A stretch of DNA of 64,000 bases from the NCBI GenBank assembly GCA_964005815.1, contig CAXFSR010000013.1, positions 1 through 64,000 of the forward strand, read 5' to 3'. Numbering within the stretch: the first letter of the stretch is position 1; the number at the start of each line of letters is the position of its first letter. The stretch comes from an uncultured Nitrospinaceae bacterium (GTDB taxonomy: Bacteria; UBA8248). A model generated the notes under the pieces. It worked only from the letters and a program-made list of their open reading frames with translations, searched no databases and was not told the DNA's origin. Shown here in pieces: positions 1-9,018 of the stretch. A program made the translations under genes and the position numbers.

Positions 1-11
1 AGAAGAAACTT

Positions 12-554
12 TTGAATCTTTACCGGAAATCAGAAATCGTCGTTTCCATTTTTATTATTTTCCTAAGTGCGTCCTTTGCTTTCTTTATGCCTCATTTGAT
101 AGCTAAAGGAGGTATGGTTCAGGCACAAGATTTTATACGTCTATCTCCTATTTTTTTCCCAAGACTATCATTTGCAGCTTTATCGATTTTGGGAATTTTG
201 TATCTCATTCAAATCTTCAAGTCCAAAAGTACAGAAAAAGAAGAAGAAACTTTCCCTAAAGAAATTTTGCTAAATGTTTCGATCGTTTTTATTTTTGTAA
301 CTATATATACTTTTTTACTTCCCTATCTTGGATATGGTATCGCAAGTATGGTCATGATTTTTTTGCTTAGTTACCATTTAGGCAACCGAGTTTGGTGGCA
401 ATTATTTTTGCTTTCTTTTTTTATTCCTTTAACAATTCGTATTATTTTTGAACGTGTTTTGTTTATTTATCTTCCGCGCTCTCACTATGAGATTTTAGGG
501 ACATGGGAAGATGAAATTGTAAAATTTTTTATTAATTTATTCCTTATATTTTAA
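12..554 (+). CDS. tctB: Tripartite tricarboxylate transporter small membrane subunit (TctB family); may begin upstream of the window
   Basis: Four hydrophobic segments, SPIFFP motif and C-terminal F..LFIYLP motif; directly upstream of tctA. The frame is open to the window edge. Confidence 0.8.
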   Translation: MNLYRKSEIVVSIFIIFLSASFAFFMPHLIAKGGMVQAQDFIRLSPIFFPRLSFAALSILGILYLIQIFKSKSTEKEEETFPKEILLNVSIVFIFVTIYTFLLPYLGYGIASMVMIFLLSYHLGNRVWWQLFLLSFFIPLTIRIIFERVLFIYLPRSHYEILGTWEDEIVKFFINLFLIF

Positions 555-563
555 GAGAAATAC

Positions 564-2054
564 ATGTTAGAAACCTTTTTTCAGGGCATGCATCTTCTTC
601 TCCGATGGGACATTTATTTTTTCATAGCTGCTGGATTATCCATTGGAATGTTTGTAGGAGCCATGCCTGGACTTACTACTATTCTGGCACTTTCTGTTCT
701 TTTACCAGTATCTTTTAAATTAGAACCGCTGTTAGGAATTCCTTTCCTTGTAGGACTATTTAAAGGTGGTATTTATGGAGGCAGTATCCCAGCTATACTT
801 GTTGGTATTCCGGGGACCGCTGCTTCTATTGCGACAACTTTTGAGGGTCCAGCACTTACAAGAAAAGGCCATGGCAGAAAAGCATTGGAAATGGCGTTAT
901 TTTCCTCTGTCAGCGGAGACCTTATTTCTGATATTTTTACGATTTTATTGATTGGTCCTATCGCAATTATTACCTTGATGATTGGACCCCCAGAAATTTT
1001 TGCAATTATTTTCTTTTCTTTAGTATTAATTGCAAGTATATCCGGTGATTCTGGTTTAAAAGGTGCAATTGCTGCTCTAATAGGACTTGGACTAGGTTTT
1101 ATCGGGACAGATGCTGCAACAGGCTCTACGAGAATGACTTTTGGCTTTATGTCTTTAAGTGCTGGTATACCACTTATCCCATTAGTTATAGGAATCTTTG
1201 CCCTTCCGGAAATACTACTTGCTGTAGAATCAAGAGCTCCTCGGTTCGTCTCCCAATTTATTGGTTATAGTAATACAGGAGAAAAACTCAGATGGAAAGA
1301 ATTCAAATCTTCTATTAAAACTATACTCCGTTCTACTGGTATTGGAACAGGCATAGGAATGGTACCAGGAGTTGGACAGGTAGTAGCTGCGTTTGTAGGA
1401 TATTCTGCCGCAAAACGTGCATCTACGCACCCAGAAACTTTTGGAGAAGGGGAACTTGATGGAATTGCCGCTCCAGAAGCAGCCAATAATGCAGTAAACG
1501 GACCTACCATGGTCCCTCTTCTCACTCTAGGAATCCCAGGTGATACAGCAACTGCAATACTTTTAGGTGCATTTGTTGCGCATGGAATGCGTCCTGGACC
1601 CCTAATTTTTCAAGAACAAGGACCACTTTTATACGCAATTTTAATGAGTATGGTGATTGCAAATATCTTGTTTGTCTTTTTGGGCTATGTACTGCTTAAA
1701 CCATTTGCAATCGCGATCCAAATAAAAAAATCCTATTTGATTCCAGTAATTCTAGCTCTCGCTTTTGTGGGAACTCTCTCTACTGGAGATAATTCTGACC
1801 TTGTGATTATGCTTGTAGTTGGTTTTTTTGCCTATATATTGCGAAAACTTGACTTTGATCTTGCACCATTAATTATTGCTTTTGTACTAGCCGAACCAGT
1901 CGAATACACCCTAAGCCAGACTATGCTCTATGCAAAGGGGAGTGTTTTACAGTATATTTTTATTACAAGACCTATTTCTTCGGCTTTTTTAATATCAGCG
2001 CTTATATGGATTCTATATAGAGCGATAAGATCTTTTACACAAAAAAGAACCTAA
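564..2054 (+). CDS. tctA: Tripartite tricarboxylate transporter large permease (TctA family)
   Basis: GAMPGL, GGSIPAILVGIPGT, GIAAPEAANNA, PLLTLGIPGD and G.RPGP motifs; about 500 aa, polytopic. Confidence 0.95.
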   Translation: MLETFFQGMHLLLRWDIYFFIAAGLSIGMFVGAMPGLTTILALSVLLPVSFKLEPLLGIPFLVGLFKGGIYGGSIPAILVGIPGTAASIATTFEGPALTRKGHGRKALEMALFSSVSGDLISDIFTILLIGPIAIITLMIGPPEIFAIIFFSLVLIASISGDSGLKGAIAALIGLGLGFIGTDAATGSTRMTFGFMSLSAGIPLIPLVIGIFALPEILLAVESRAPRFVSQFIGYSNTGEKLRWKEFKSSIKTILRSTGIGTGIGMVPGVGQVVAAFVGYSAAKRASTHPETFGEGELDGIAAPEAANNAVNGPTMVPLLTLGIPGDTATAILLGAFVAHGMRPGPLIFQEQGPLLYAILMSMVIANILFVFLGYVLLKPFAIAIQIKKSYLIPVILALAFVGTLSTGDNSDLVIMLVVGFFAYILRKLDFDLAPLIIAFVLAEPVEYTLSQTMLYAKGSVLQYIFITRPISSAFLISALIWILYRAIRSFTQKRT

Positions 2055-2086
2055 CACTGTTTTCTATTCAATCAGGAGGATCCAAT

Positions 2087-3064
2087 ATGAAAAAGGCTAT
2101 GTTTGCTGTACTAGTAACATTTGTTTTTTTGGTTTCACCAATATTGATTGTGGATGGACATGCAAAATTTCCAAACCGTCCTGTCACACTAGTACTTCCA
2201 GTAGGTGCTGGTGGAAGTCATGACCTTCATGCAAGAGGTATCACCGGTATCATGAGTGATATCCTAGGACAACCCATGATAGTTAAACTACTTCCAGGTG
2301 GTGCAGGCATGAGAGGACATGCCTTCGTCAATAGTGCAAAACCAGACGGATATACGATACTTTTCACTTCTAATGGATTTGACCAACTCGTTCCACAAAC
2401 AAGAAAAGTTCCTTTCAACAGTCTTAAAGATTTTACTGCAATCGCAAAGTTAAACCACGCACAACCGTTATTCATCAGTCTATCTAACAAGCCGTGGAAG
2501 AACATGAAACAGTTTGTTGCGTATGCGAAGAAAAATCCTGGCAAGATTAACTTCGGACATAGTGGTGTTTGGGGCGCAATTCATACTCCTGCTATGCAAT
2601 TTGTGAAAGCAGCTGGTATTAAAGTAAATTTCATTCCTCACAAAGGTGGTGGCCCTACTTTACGTGCACTTCTTTCTGGACAAGACGACATCACCATGGG
2701 ATTCACCACACAGTCAAGACCTCATGTAAAATCAGGAAAAGTTATTGCTCTTGCTGTGACTGGAGACAAACGTCTTTCTAAAGACAAAGATTTTAAAAAC
2801 GTTCCTTCCGCTGCAGAATTAGGATTTAAAGGGGTTAGCTTTAAAATGGAGCGAATTTTCATGGCTCCTGCTAAAACTCCTGCAGATCGACTAGCAACCT
2901 TGAGAGGAGCATTTGAAAAAATCCTCAAGAATAAATCTTTTAAACGTTTCATGAGAAGTATCGGTGAAAAGGTACAGTTCGTGAAGGGTGCCGATTACAA
3001 TAAGGTTCGCAAAGAAAGATACGATGGATTTACTCAACTTATTAAAGCTATGACCGGAAAATAG
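2087..3064 (+). CDS. tctC: Tripartite tricarboxylate transporter substrate-binding protein (TctC/Bug family)
   Basis: Signal peptide, FPNRPVTLVLP.GAGG..D..AR, PGGAG, AKPDGYT, KNPGK, P.KGGG; AGGAGG RBS upstream. Confidence 0.95.
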   Translation: MKKAMFAVLVTFVFLVSPILIVDGHAKFPNRPVTLVLPVGAGGSHDLHARGITGIMSDILGQPMIVKLLPGGAGMRGHAFVNSAKPDGYTILFTSNGFDQLVPQTRKVPFNSLKDFTAIAKLNHAQPLFISLSNKPWKNMKQFVAYAKKNPGKINFGHSGVWGAIHTPAMQFVKAAGIKVNFIPHKGGGPTLRALLSGQDDITMGFTTQSRPHVKSGKVIALAVTGDKRLSKDKDFKNVPSAAELGFKGVSFKMERIFMAPAKTPADRLATLRGAFEKILKNKSFKRFMRSIGEKVQFVKGADYNKVRKERYDGFTQLIKAMTGK

Positions 3065-3082
3065 AATCGACAAGAAAAAAAG

Positions 3083-3126
3083 AAAGAGCCGTCCTAATTT
3101 TTCCAACAAATCATGGACGGCTCTTT
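3083..3126 (+). terminator. Stem-loop after tctC, probable intrinsic terminator or mRNA-stabilising hairpin
   Basis: Perfect 12-bp inverted repeat AAAGAGCCGTCC (3083-3094) / GGACGGCTCTTT (3115-3126) with a 20-nt loop, flanked by A- and T-runs. Confidence 0.7.
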
Positions 3127-3137
3127 TTCTTGAGAAG

Positions 3138-3995
3138 GTGAAAATCTTGCAAATTTCAAAACACGTACATTCACTATGGTTAGATTTTGAAATAAAGTTA
3201 AAAGATGGAACAAGCGTTCCTAGATTTGTAACTTCTTACATTATCGAGTCCAATAAAAAGATTTTTTTGATAGATACCGCTTTAAAAAACTCTTCAAAGA
3301 CAATCCTTGAATATATAGATTCTATAGGAAGAAATCCTGAAGAAATTCAAGGTGTAATTAATACACATTCACACTTTGACCATATCGGCGGAAATCTTTT
3401 TTTTCAAGAAAAGTACAATCCTATATTCTATGCACATCATTTAGAAGTACCCTATATTCAAGATATTGAACTCCAGCACCAAGAAAGACCTGTCGGAGAA
3501 ATGATCCATAATGTTGGAGGACCAATTTCTATAGACAAAACTATAGGAGAAGGCGATAGTCTTTTTCTTGGAGATTTAGAAATACAAATTTTTCACACTC
3601 CCGGTCACTCCATAGGCAGCATATCTCTTTTTATTCCAGAAGACCGTGTTTTCATATGTGGTGACGTTCTTCCTGAAGAAGGTACTTTGCCAATCTATGA
3701 GAATGTAAATTCGACCTTATCAAGTCTGAGAAAAATCGAGAGAATGGATTGTATAGAAACACTGTTGTCTTCTTTAAGTAGAAAAGTATCAAAAGGTGAA
3801 GATGTTTTAAAACATATCAAATCTGGAGAGAATTACCTTAAAAAAATCCAATCTCTAATCGATAAATTCAAAAATGACAACAAAAATTTAATTGAAATTA
3901 CCGAAATAACAACTATGATATTTAAAGAGTTAAACCTCCCAAAGAGTGGAATTATTCCTATAGTACTAAAAAGCATACAGGCACATCAAAATTAA
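3138..3995 (+). CDS. MBL-fold metallo-hydrolase
   Basis: LIDT, THSHFDHIGG (HxHxDH), HTPGHS, CGD motifs; GTG start. Confidence 0.9.
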   Translation: MKILQISKHVHSLWLDFEIKLKDGTSVPRFVTSYIIESNKKIFLIDTALKNSSKTILEYIDSIGRNPEEIQGVINTHSHFDHIGGNLFFQEKYNPIFYAHHLEVPYIQDIELQHQERPVGEMIHNVGGPISIDKTIGEGDSLFLGDLEIQIFHTPGHSIGSISLFIPEDRVFICGDVLPEEGTLPIYENVNSTLSSLRKIERMDCIETLLSSLSRKVSKGEDVLKHIKSGENYLKKIQSLIDKFKNDNKNLIEITEITTMIFKELNLPKSGIIPIVLKSIQAHQN

Positions 3996-4008
3996 ATTTC
4001 TAGTGGAG

Positions 4009-4084
4009 TGGTGGGCGGGAGAGGGCTCGAACCTCCGACCTATGCCTTGTAAGGGCACCGCTCTCCCAACTGAGCTACCCGCCC
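4009..4084 (-). tRNA. tRNA-Val (anticodon TAC)
   Basis: The reverse complement reads GGGCGGGTAGCTCAGTTGGGAGAGCGGTGCCCTTACAAGGCATAGGTCGGAGGTTCGAGCCCTCTCCCGCCCACCA: 76 nt, cloverleaf, TTCGA T-loop, encoded CCA. Confidence 0.97.
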
Positions 4085-4098
4085 ATGAAATAGAATTA

Positions 4099-4127
4099 AA
4101 CATACATTTAATTCTGAAGAATCGCAA
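4099..4127 (-). promoter_or_regulatory. Putative sigma70 promoter of tRNA-Val
   Basis: Minus strand TTGCGA-N17-TATGTT, ending 14 nt upstream of the mature tRNA 5' end. Confidence 0.5.
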
Positions 4128-4153
4128 TAATATCAGAACTTAGAGGACTTCGT

Positions 4154-5275
4154 CTATATTTGAAGCTTCCCTTTCTTGAAAAACAATTTGCCATCCACAT
4201 AAACTTCTCCATTTTTACGAAGATCACAAACCATATCCCAGTGCAAAGCAGAATTATTCCGGGAACCAGACTCAGGATACCCTTTTCCAAGTGCAAGATG
4301 CACGGTACCACCCATTTTCTCATCAAAAAGAATATTTTTTGTATACTGTTTAATTCCGTAATTAAGACCGAAAGCAAATTCTCCGATACGTTTAGAGCCA
4401 GCATCCATTCCTATCATACTTAACAGAAATTCTTCATTTTTTTCTGCACTCGCTTTCACAACCGTTCCTTTTTTAAACTCGAGTTCCACTCCGTCCACTT
4501 CCCTGCCCGACAAACATGCAGGAAAAGAGTATCTTATTCTTCCTTCTACTGAATTTTCCTCAGGTCCAGTAAAAACCTCTCCATCAGGAAAATTATTGTG
4601 GCCACTACAATTAATAAATTTTCTTCCGCTTATCCCTACTTTCAACTCCGTTCCTGGACCAAAGATTTCCACTTTTTTTCTTCCTTTAAGATATCGAATG
4701 ACTCTTGCCTGATTTTTTTCGACTTCCCTCCACTTTTGAATCCCATTTTTTTTGTCTGCATAACACGCTTCGAATACAAAATCTTCATACTCTGCAATTC
4801 CCATCTCCGCATCTTGCGCATACGCTTCCGTAGGAAAAAGGGTAAGAGTCCATCGCAAACCGCTTTTACCTCCTTTTTCATATGCTGCCGCTCTCTTCAT
4901 AAATGTTTTCATGATTGGCTGTCTGGACTTAGAAGTTAGTGCTTGTTTTTGAGGATCAACAGAGGAAAGCCTTCTAGTATTTGTTTCTGACAAGATACTC
5001 ACAAAAACATCCACTTTCTGAATCTCAAACTTTGAAATTGGGGATAAATACGATAGTTGCTCTCTATTTGCATACTTATAAAAAATTTCATCCATTCCTG
5101 GGAGCGACACAAGAGTATATGGAAATGCTCCTGCCTTGAGGCAATTCTCATAGATTTGTATGATCAGCGAACTTGCCGAAGTACCCCCTCTTATCGCTAC
5201 TAAGTCTCCTTTTTTAACTTTTGCTGAATAATTCGTAAGTATCTCTGCCATATTCGAAATACGTGAATCTGTCAT
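4154..5275 (-). CDS. Aminopeptidase, peptidase M29 (AmpS/AmpT/PepS) family
   Basis: NFPDGEVFTGP, IGEFAFG, ILFDEKMGGTVHLALGKGY, SALHWDMV motifs. Start moved to ATG 5275, which has an AAAGGAG RBS. Confidence 0.92.
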   Translation of the reverse strand: MTDSRISNMAEILTNYSAKVKKGDLVAIRGGTSASSLIIQIYENCLKAGAFPYTLVSLPGMDEIFYKYANREQLSYLSPISKFEIQKVDVFVSILSETNTRRLSSVDPQKQALTSKSRQPIMKTFMKRAAAYEKGGKSGLRWTLTLFPTEAYAQDAEMGIAEYEDFVFEACYADKKNGIQKWREVEKNQARVIRYLKGRKKVEIFGPGTELKVGISGRKFINCSGHNNFPDGEVFTGPEENSVEGRIRYSFPACLSGREVDGVELEFKKGTVVKASAEKNEEFLLSMIGMDAGSKRIGEFAFGLNYGIKQYTKNILFDEKMGGTVHLALGKGYPESGSRNNSALHWDMVCDLRKNGEVYVDGKLFFKKGKLQI

Positions 5276-5415
5276 ACTACTCCTTTCAGAATTTAAACTT
5301 ATTGAATAAAACATCTATAATTATAAGTCATTCATACTTTCTCGACAAAGAGATGAACTGCTATTCTTATAACACCATTTAAAAAAATTTTAATTTTATT
5401 TCTTTGGAGAACACA

Positions 5416-5802
5416 ATGGCTAAATTTGGTTATGATCATCTTCATTTTAGAAGCGAAGACCCCCATGCCGCTAAAGAATTCTGGGAAAATATGTTTGCTG
5501 CAAAGGTTGTACAAGAGAGAGAGCTTGGAGGTGCGCCTTCCTTTAATATGGACTTAAACGGAATGAGCTTTATTGTATCTGGAAGAGCCGAAGGTGAGGA
5601 TCCAGTCAGAACTACATCAGATCCTCGTTATGGATTAGATCACTTTGGGTTGAGTGTAGACAATATGGATGAAGCACAAAAAGAACTTTCCTCAAAAGGA
5701 GCGGAATGGATTTGCGAACCTTGGGAAATCAGACCCGGAGTAAAAATAGCATTTATTAAAGGACCTGATAATATTAGTATAGAACTTGCTCAAAGAGACT
5801 AA
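5416..5802 (+). CDS. VOC/glyoxalase-family protein
   Basis: DHLHF, GLDHFGL, FIKGPDNISIEL motifs; ATG 5416 preceded by GGAG. Confidence 0.88.
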   Translation: MAKFGYDHLHFRSEDPHAAKEFWENMFAAKVVQERELGGAPSFNMDLNGMSFIVSGRAEGEDPVRTTSDPRYGLDHFGLSVDNMDEAQKELSSKGAEWICEPWEIRPGVKIAFIKGPDNISIELAQRD

Positions 5803-5832
5803 TGTATTACGAATAAAAAAAAAATTCTACTT

Positions 5833-5841
5833 TGCTATAAT
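5833..5841 (+). promoter_or_regulatory. Extended -10 promoter upstream of the cobalamin riboswitch
   Basis: Perfect TGnTATAAT (TGCTATAAT) about 30 nt upstream of the aptamer. Confidence 0.55.
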
Positions 5842-5869
5842 ACTTAAATATTATATGTTATTTGCAATC

Positions 5870-6033
5870 AGATGCAGGCGGTCTTTTTCTTTGAAAGACC
5901 TGGGAAGCCGGTTAGATTCCGGCACGGTCCCGCCACTGTAATCAGGTACTAAGAGGTTCTCTTTACCACTGGCTTTTATGCTGGGAAGGTATATCTCTTG
6001 GGTTAATCTGTAAGTCAGGATACCGGCCTCATC
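5870..6033 (+). ncRNA. Cobalamin (B12) riboswitch aptamer
   Basis: Conserved elements GGGAAGCCGGTTAGATTCCGGCACGGTCCCGCCACTGT, CCACTGG...CTGGGAAGG and B12-box AAGTCAGGATACCGGCC; 5'/3' pairing GATG.AGGC / GCCTCATC; upstream of a BtuB-like receptor. Confidence 0.95.
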
Positions 6034-6074
6034 TCTTCATTAATCGTCACGTCCTCGGGGAATGGGGTGGGGCA

Positions 6075-6188
6075 ATGAGAATTCATACCAATAAAAAGTT
6101 TCTTCATTTTTTTTGCCGGTACTATCTCTGCGCAACTTTGAAATACATTTCTTCCTCGGATAAGACCGCACTACAAATTTGGTTTTAG
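6075..6188 (+). CDS. Possible 37-aa leader ORF (MRIHTNKKFLHFFCRYYLCATLKYISSSDKTALQIWF)
   Basis: ATG 6075 follows a G-rich SD-like GGGGTGGGG in the riboswitch expression platform; TAG at 6186-6188; no homology recognised. Confidence 0.3.
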   Translation: MRIHTNKKFLHFFCRYYLCATLKYISSSDKTALQIWF

Positions 6189-6237
6189 GACCATTTTTAA
6201 ATTGTGAGTGCTTATAATTTTTAGCCAGGAGGAAGTT

Positions 6238-8277
6238 TTGAGAATCAAGAAAGTTTTTTTTCAATTTTTTGTCTTATTTTTTATATTTACAACATCAAAT
6301 ATATCCTTCTCTCAGGAATTAATCATAAAGAATGAAATACTTCTTGACCCAGTAACAGCAACTGCTACAAGAACACCAAGGAAACTGAGTACTATTGCGG
6401 ACTCTATAGAGATAATTCCTAATAGAGAGATGGAACTTCGGATTCCGAACGATTTTGAAGATATAATGAGAGATAGTATTGGAGGAATTGTAGAAAAATC
6501 TGGTAGTCGCGGCGGAAGAACAAACTTCAGAATACGTGGAAGCGAGACAAACTTTACTAGTATTTTACTTGACGGTTTTAAAATAACGCCACCAGATGGA
6601 GACCCATTCCTTTTTGAACATCTTTCCCCTGAATGGATGAAATCTGCTGAAATTTTAAAAGGACCCCAAAGTACCCTTTACGGATCAGATGCTGCGGCTG
6701 GGGCTATTAACTTATTGGTTGATATGGGAAACCCAGGAGAAAAAATTTCAAATATCTGGGGAGTTCGATACGGAAGCCAGGAAACGATTCAGGAATTTAT
6801 TAAAATAAAGGGTGGCACCGAAGATACAGGATTCCTTTTCACTGTCAGCCGAACAGATACAGACGGTCGTTTTTATAACGATGGATATTACAGAACAGTC
6901 GGAACATTAGGTTTTGATTATTATCCAACTCAATTTTCAAAAATTCGTTTTCTATATCAACACAATAAGAATCAGGTAGATAATACATCTAATGACGGAG
7001 CTACTAATACTGATTTAAGACTGACAGGTGCCTATACAGACAGAGAACTAAATAATTTCACAAGAACTACAGACAATTTTTTTGGTATTCGAACTGAAAC
7101 AGCAATTACTAAAAATATTGATTATATTTCAAAACTCTCTTTCTACAGAAGCGATTCGTTATATCTGGATCAAATTGATGCTCTAGATGCTATAAGAGCA
7201 TTCTTTTCTCCTTATATGACAGATACTACATTGACAAATTTTCGTGCTGACAATCAATTGAATTTTAAATATAACTCGCCTAATTCGAAAAAAGATTTTC
7301 TCACATCTGCTATAACAACTTTAGGATTCGAATTCGAAAAAGAGCGAACTTTTCAGGTCGAAATTTCTAAAACAGAAAGATCAAAAAGAACTGCCCGCTC
7401 TTTTTACACTCAAGAACAACTTACTTTCTGGGACAGATTATACCTCACAACGGGTTTGCGAATTGATGACTTCGTTAAGGGGAAAGACCCCTTAACATAC
7501 AAAGTATCTAGTGCATATCATTTCAAAAAAAGAGGCACCAGAATTCGTACAGTTTACGGAAAAGGAGTAAAGAGACCTTCTTTTACTGATACTTTTGGAT
7601 CATCATCGTATATTGGCAATCCAAACCTTGAACCTGAGGTACAGAAAAGTTGGGAATTTGGAATAGATCAAGATTTTTTTGGAAAACTCATAAAAGTCAG
7701 CGGGACTTATTATCATAATGAACTTAAAAATATTATAGCCTGGAGTTGGAGTACATACGCAAATGGCACAAACTATGAAAACATATCAAAAGCAAGGACA
7801 AAGGGCGCGGAATTTTCTATCTCCATTCTCGATTATAACAATTTCACAATTCGTGCGAACTACAACACATTAGATACTTTAGTTTTAGATGACAGCAATG
7901 GCCTAGGTGGTTCCTCTTTTAAACAGGGGCAGGAACTTGTTCGACGACCCAACTGGTGGTGGAGCAGTACGATTTCATATCATCCTAAATCTTATACAGC
8001 AACATTATTTCTAAATCAGATGAGTAGCAGAAGAGACTTTGATTACAGAGGATTTGTAGATGGAACGAATGGTGGCTCATCAGTAAAAATAAACAACTCA
8101 GGTTTCACAAAAATTGACGTTGCTCTTTCATATTATTTAAAAAATCTTCCACTTAAGGACCAAAAAACTACTTTAGAATTTAAGATCAATAATCTGCTGG
8201 ATGAGGATTACGATGAAATATTTGGATACAATGCACCCGGAATAGAAATGTATGCAGGAATGAAAATATCTTTTTAA
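6238..8277 (+). CDS. btuB: TonB-dependent outer-membrane receptor, BtuB-like (corrinoid uptake)
   Basis: TTG start at 6238 with AGGAGG at 6227-6232, signal peptide, TonB-box-like DPVTATATR, plug motifs IRG...ILLDG and EILKGPQSTLYGSDAAAGAIN, GNPNLEPE, C-terminal Phe; downstream of a B12 riboswitch. Confidence 0.88.
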   Translation: MRIKKVFFQFFVLFFIFTTSNISFSQELIIKNEILLDPVTATATRTPRKLSTIADSIEIIPNREMELRIPNDFEDIMRDSIGGIVEKSGSRGGRTNFRIRGSETNFTSILLDGFKITPPDGDPFLFEHLSPEWMKSAEILKGPQSTLYGSDAAAGAINLLVDMGNPGEKISNIWGVRYGSQETIQEFIKIKGGTEDTGFLFTVSRTDTDGRFYNDGYYRTVGTLGFDYYPTQFSKIRFLYQHNKNQVDNTSNDGATNTDLRLTGAYTDRELNNFTRTTDNFFGIRTETAITKNIDYISKLSFYRSDSLYLDQIDALDAIRAFFSPYMTDTTLTNFRADNQLNFKYNSPNSKKDFLTSAITTLGFEFEKERTFQVEISKTERSKRTARSFYTQEQLTFWDRLYLTTGLRIDDFVKGKDPLTYKVSSAYHFKKRGTRIRTVYGKGVKRPSFTDTFGSSSYIGNPNLEPEVQKSWEFGIDQDFFGKLIKVSGTYYHNELKNIIAWSWSTYANGTNYENISKARTKGAEFSISILDYNNFTIRANYNTLDTLVLDDSNGLGGSSFKQGQELVRRPNWWWSSTISYHPKSYTATLFLNQMSSRRDFDYRGFVDGTNGGSSVKINNSGFTKIDVALSYYLKNLPLKDQKTTLEFKINNLLDEDYDEIFGYNAPGIEMYAGMKISF

Positions 8278-8340
8278 AATAAATAGAAACAAGATCATTG
8301 GAAAAATAGAAAATCAACGAATATCCTTATAGGATAAAAA

Positions 8341-9018
8341 ATGAAAATAACGATTCTCACTATAATCATCACTACTGGTTTTCTAATTTTCTTTTTCTTC
8401 AACTATTCTCGATTATTCAGCAAACTACCACTAAGAGTATTTAGTGGGGCAGCCGTCTATTCTGCCGTAATATTTGTTCTAGTGAATATTCCAAATATAC
8501 TCTTTGGCAATCTTTCTGTTGCACTGCTTGGTCCATTTTCATTTCTTCTAACTAGTTTTTTTACAGAATTACCCTTCTTCGCAATAGTCGTCATTTATCT
8601 TAAAAGATATCCTTATGTAGGTGCTCTGTCTTTATTAATAATCATCAGGAAAATTATTGTCGCTTTTACTATCTATTCATTTGCAATTGTTCCTTTCCTT
8701 TCACTCGCATTAGAAATTCTCGTCTATGAGTTCCTATTATCAAAAGCTGGAATTACAAACATAAAAAATCAGAATAAAAAATGGATGACTAAAAAAGAAC
8801 AAAATTACTCATCCATTTTTCTAACCGCTTTTGTTTTGATGACAGGAAATTCTCTAGTAACTCTGGTCAATTTTGAACTTTATATGTTTTTTTATCGTTT
8901 AGTTTATGCACATTGGTATATTTTTAGTTATATAATGGTTACTTGCGTGATTTGTACGTTCTTAGGTGTTTTATTAGGGTTTAAACTCCACCAATCACTA
9001 AGAGAGGTTCAAACATGA
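8341..9018 (+). CDS. Integral membrane protein, probable ECF substrate-binding (S) component
   Basis: 225 aa with about 6-7 hydrophobic helices; its stop overlaps the ECF ATPase start (ATGA); lies in an operon with EcfA and EcfT. Confidence 0.6.
   Translation: MKITILTIIITTGFLIFFFFNYSRLFSKLPLRVFSGAAVYSAVIFVLVNIPNILFGNLSVALLGPFSFLLTSFFTELPFFAIVVIYLKRYPYVGALSLLIIIRKIIVAFTIYSFAIVPFLSLALEILVYEFLLSKAGITNIKNQNKKWMTKKEQNYSSIFLTAFVLMTGNSLVTLVNFELYMFFYRLVYAHWYIFSYIMVTCVICTFLGVLLGFKLHQSLREVQT

Noticed and set aside
1..4084. Genomic island integrated at the tRNA-Val 3' end
   Set aside because: No integrase, no duplicated tRNA 3' end seen in the window, and no obvious compositional shift; cannot be excluded beyond the left edge
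5416..5802. VOC protein as methylmalonyl-CoA epimerase linked to the B12 locus
   Set aside because: It lies upstream of the riboswitch promoter, and its motifs (DHLHFRS) do not match the MCE pattern (DHIGIAV...HPK)
6040..6264. 74-aa minus-strand ORF over the riboswitch leader
   Set aside because: Antisense to the expression platform and the btuB start, with no recognisable domain
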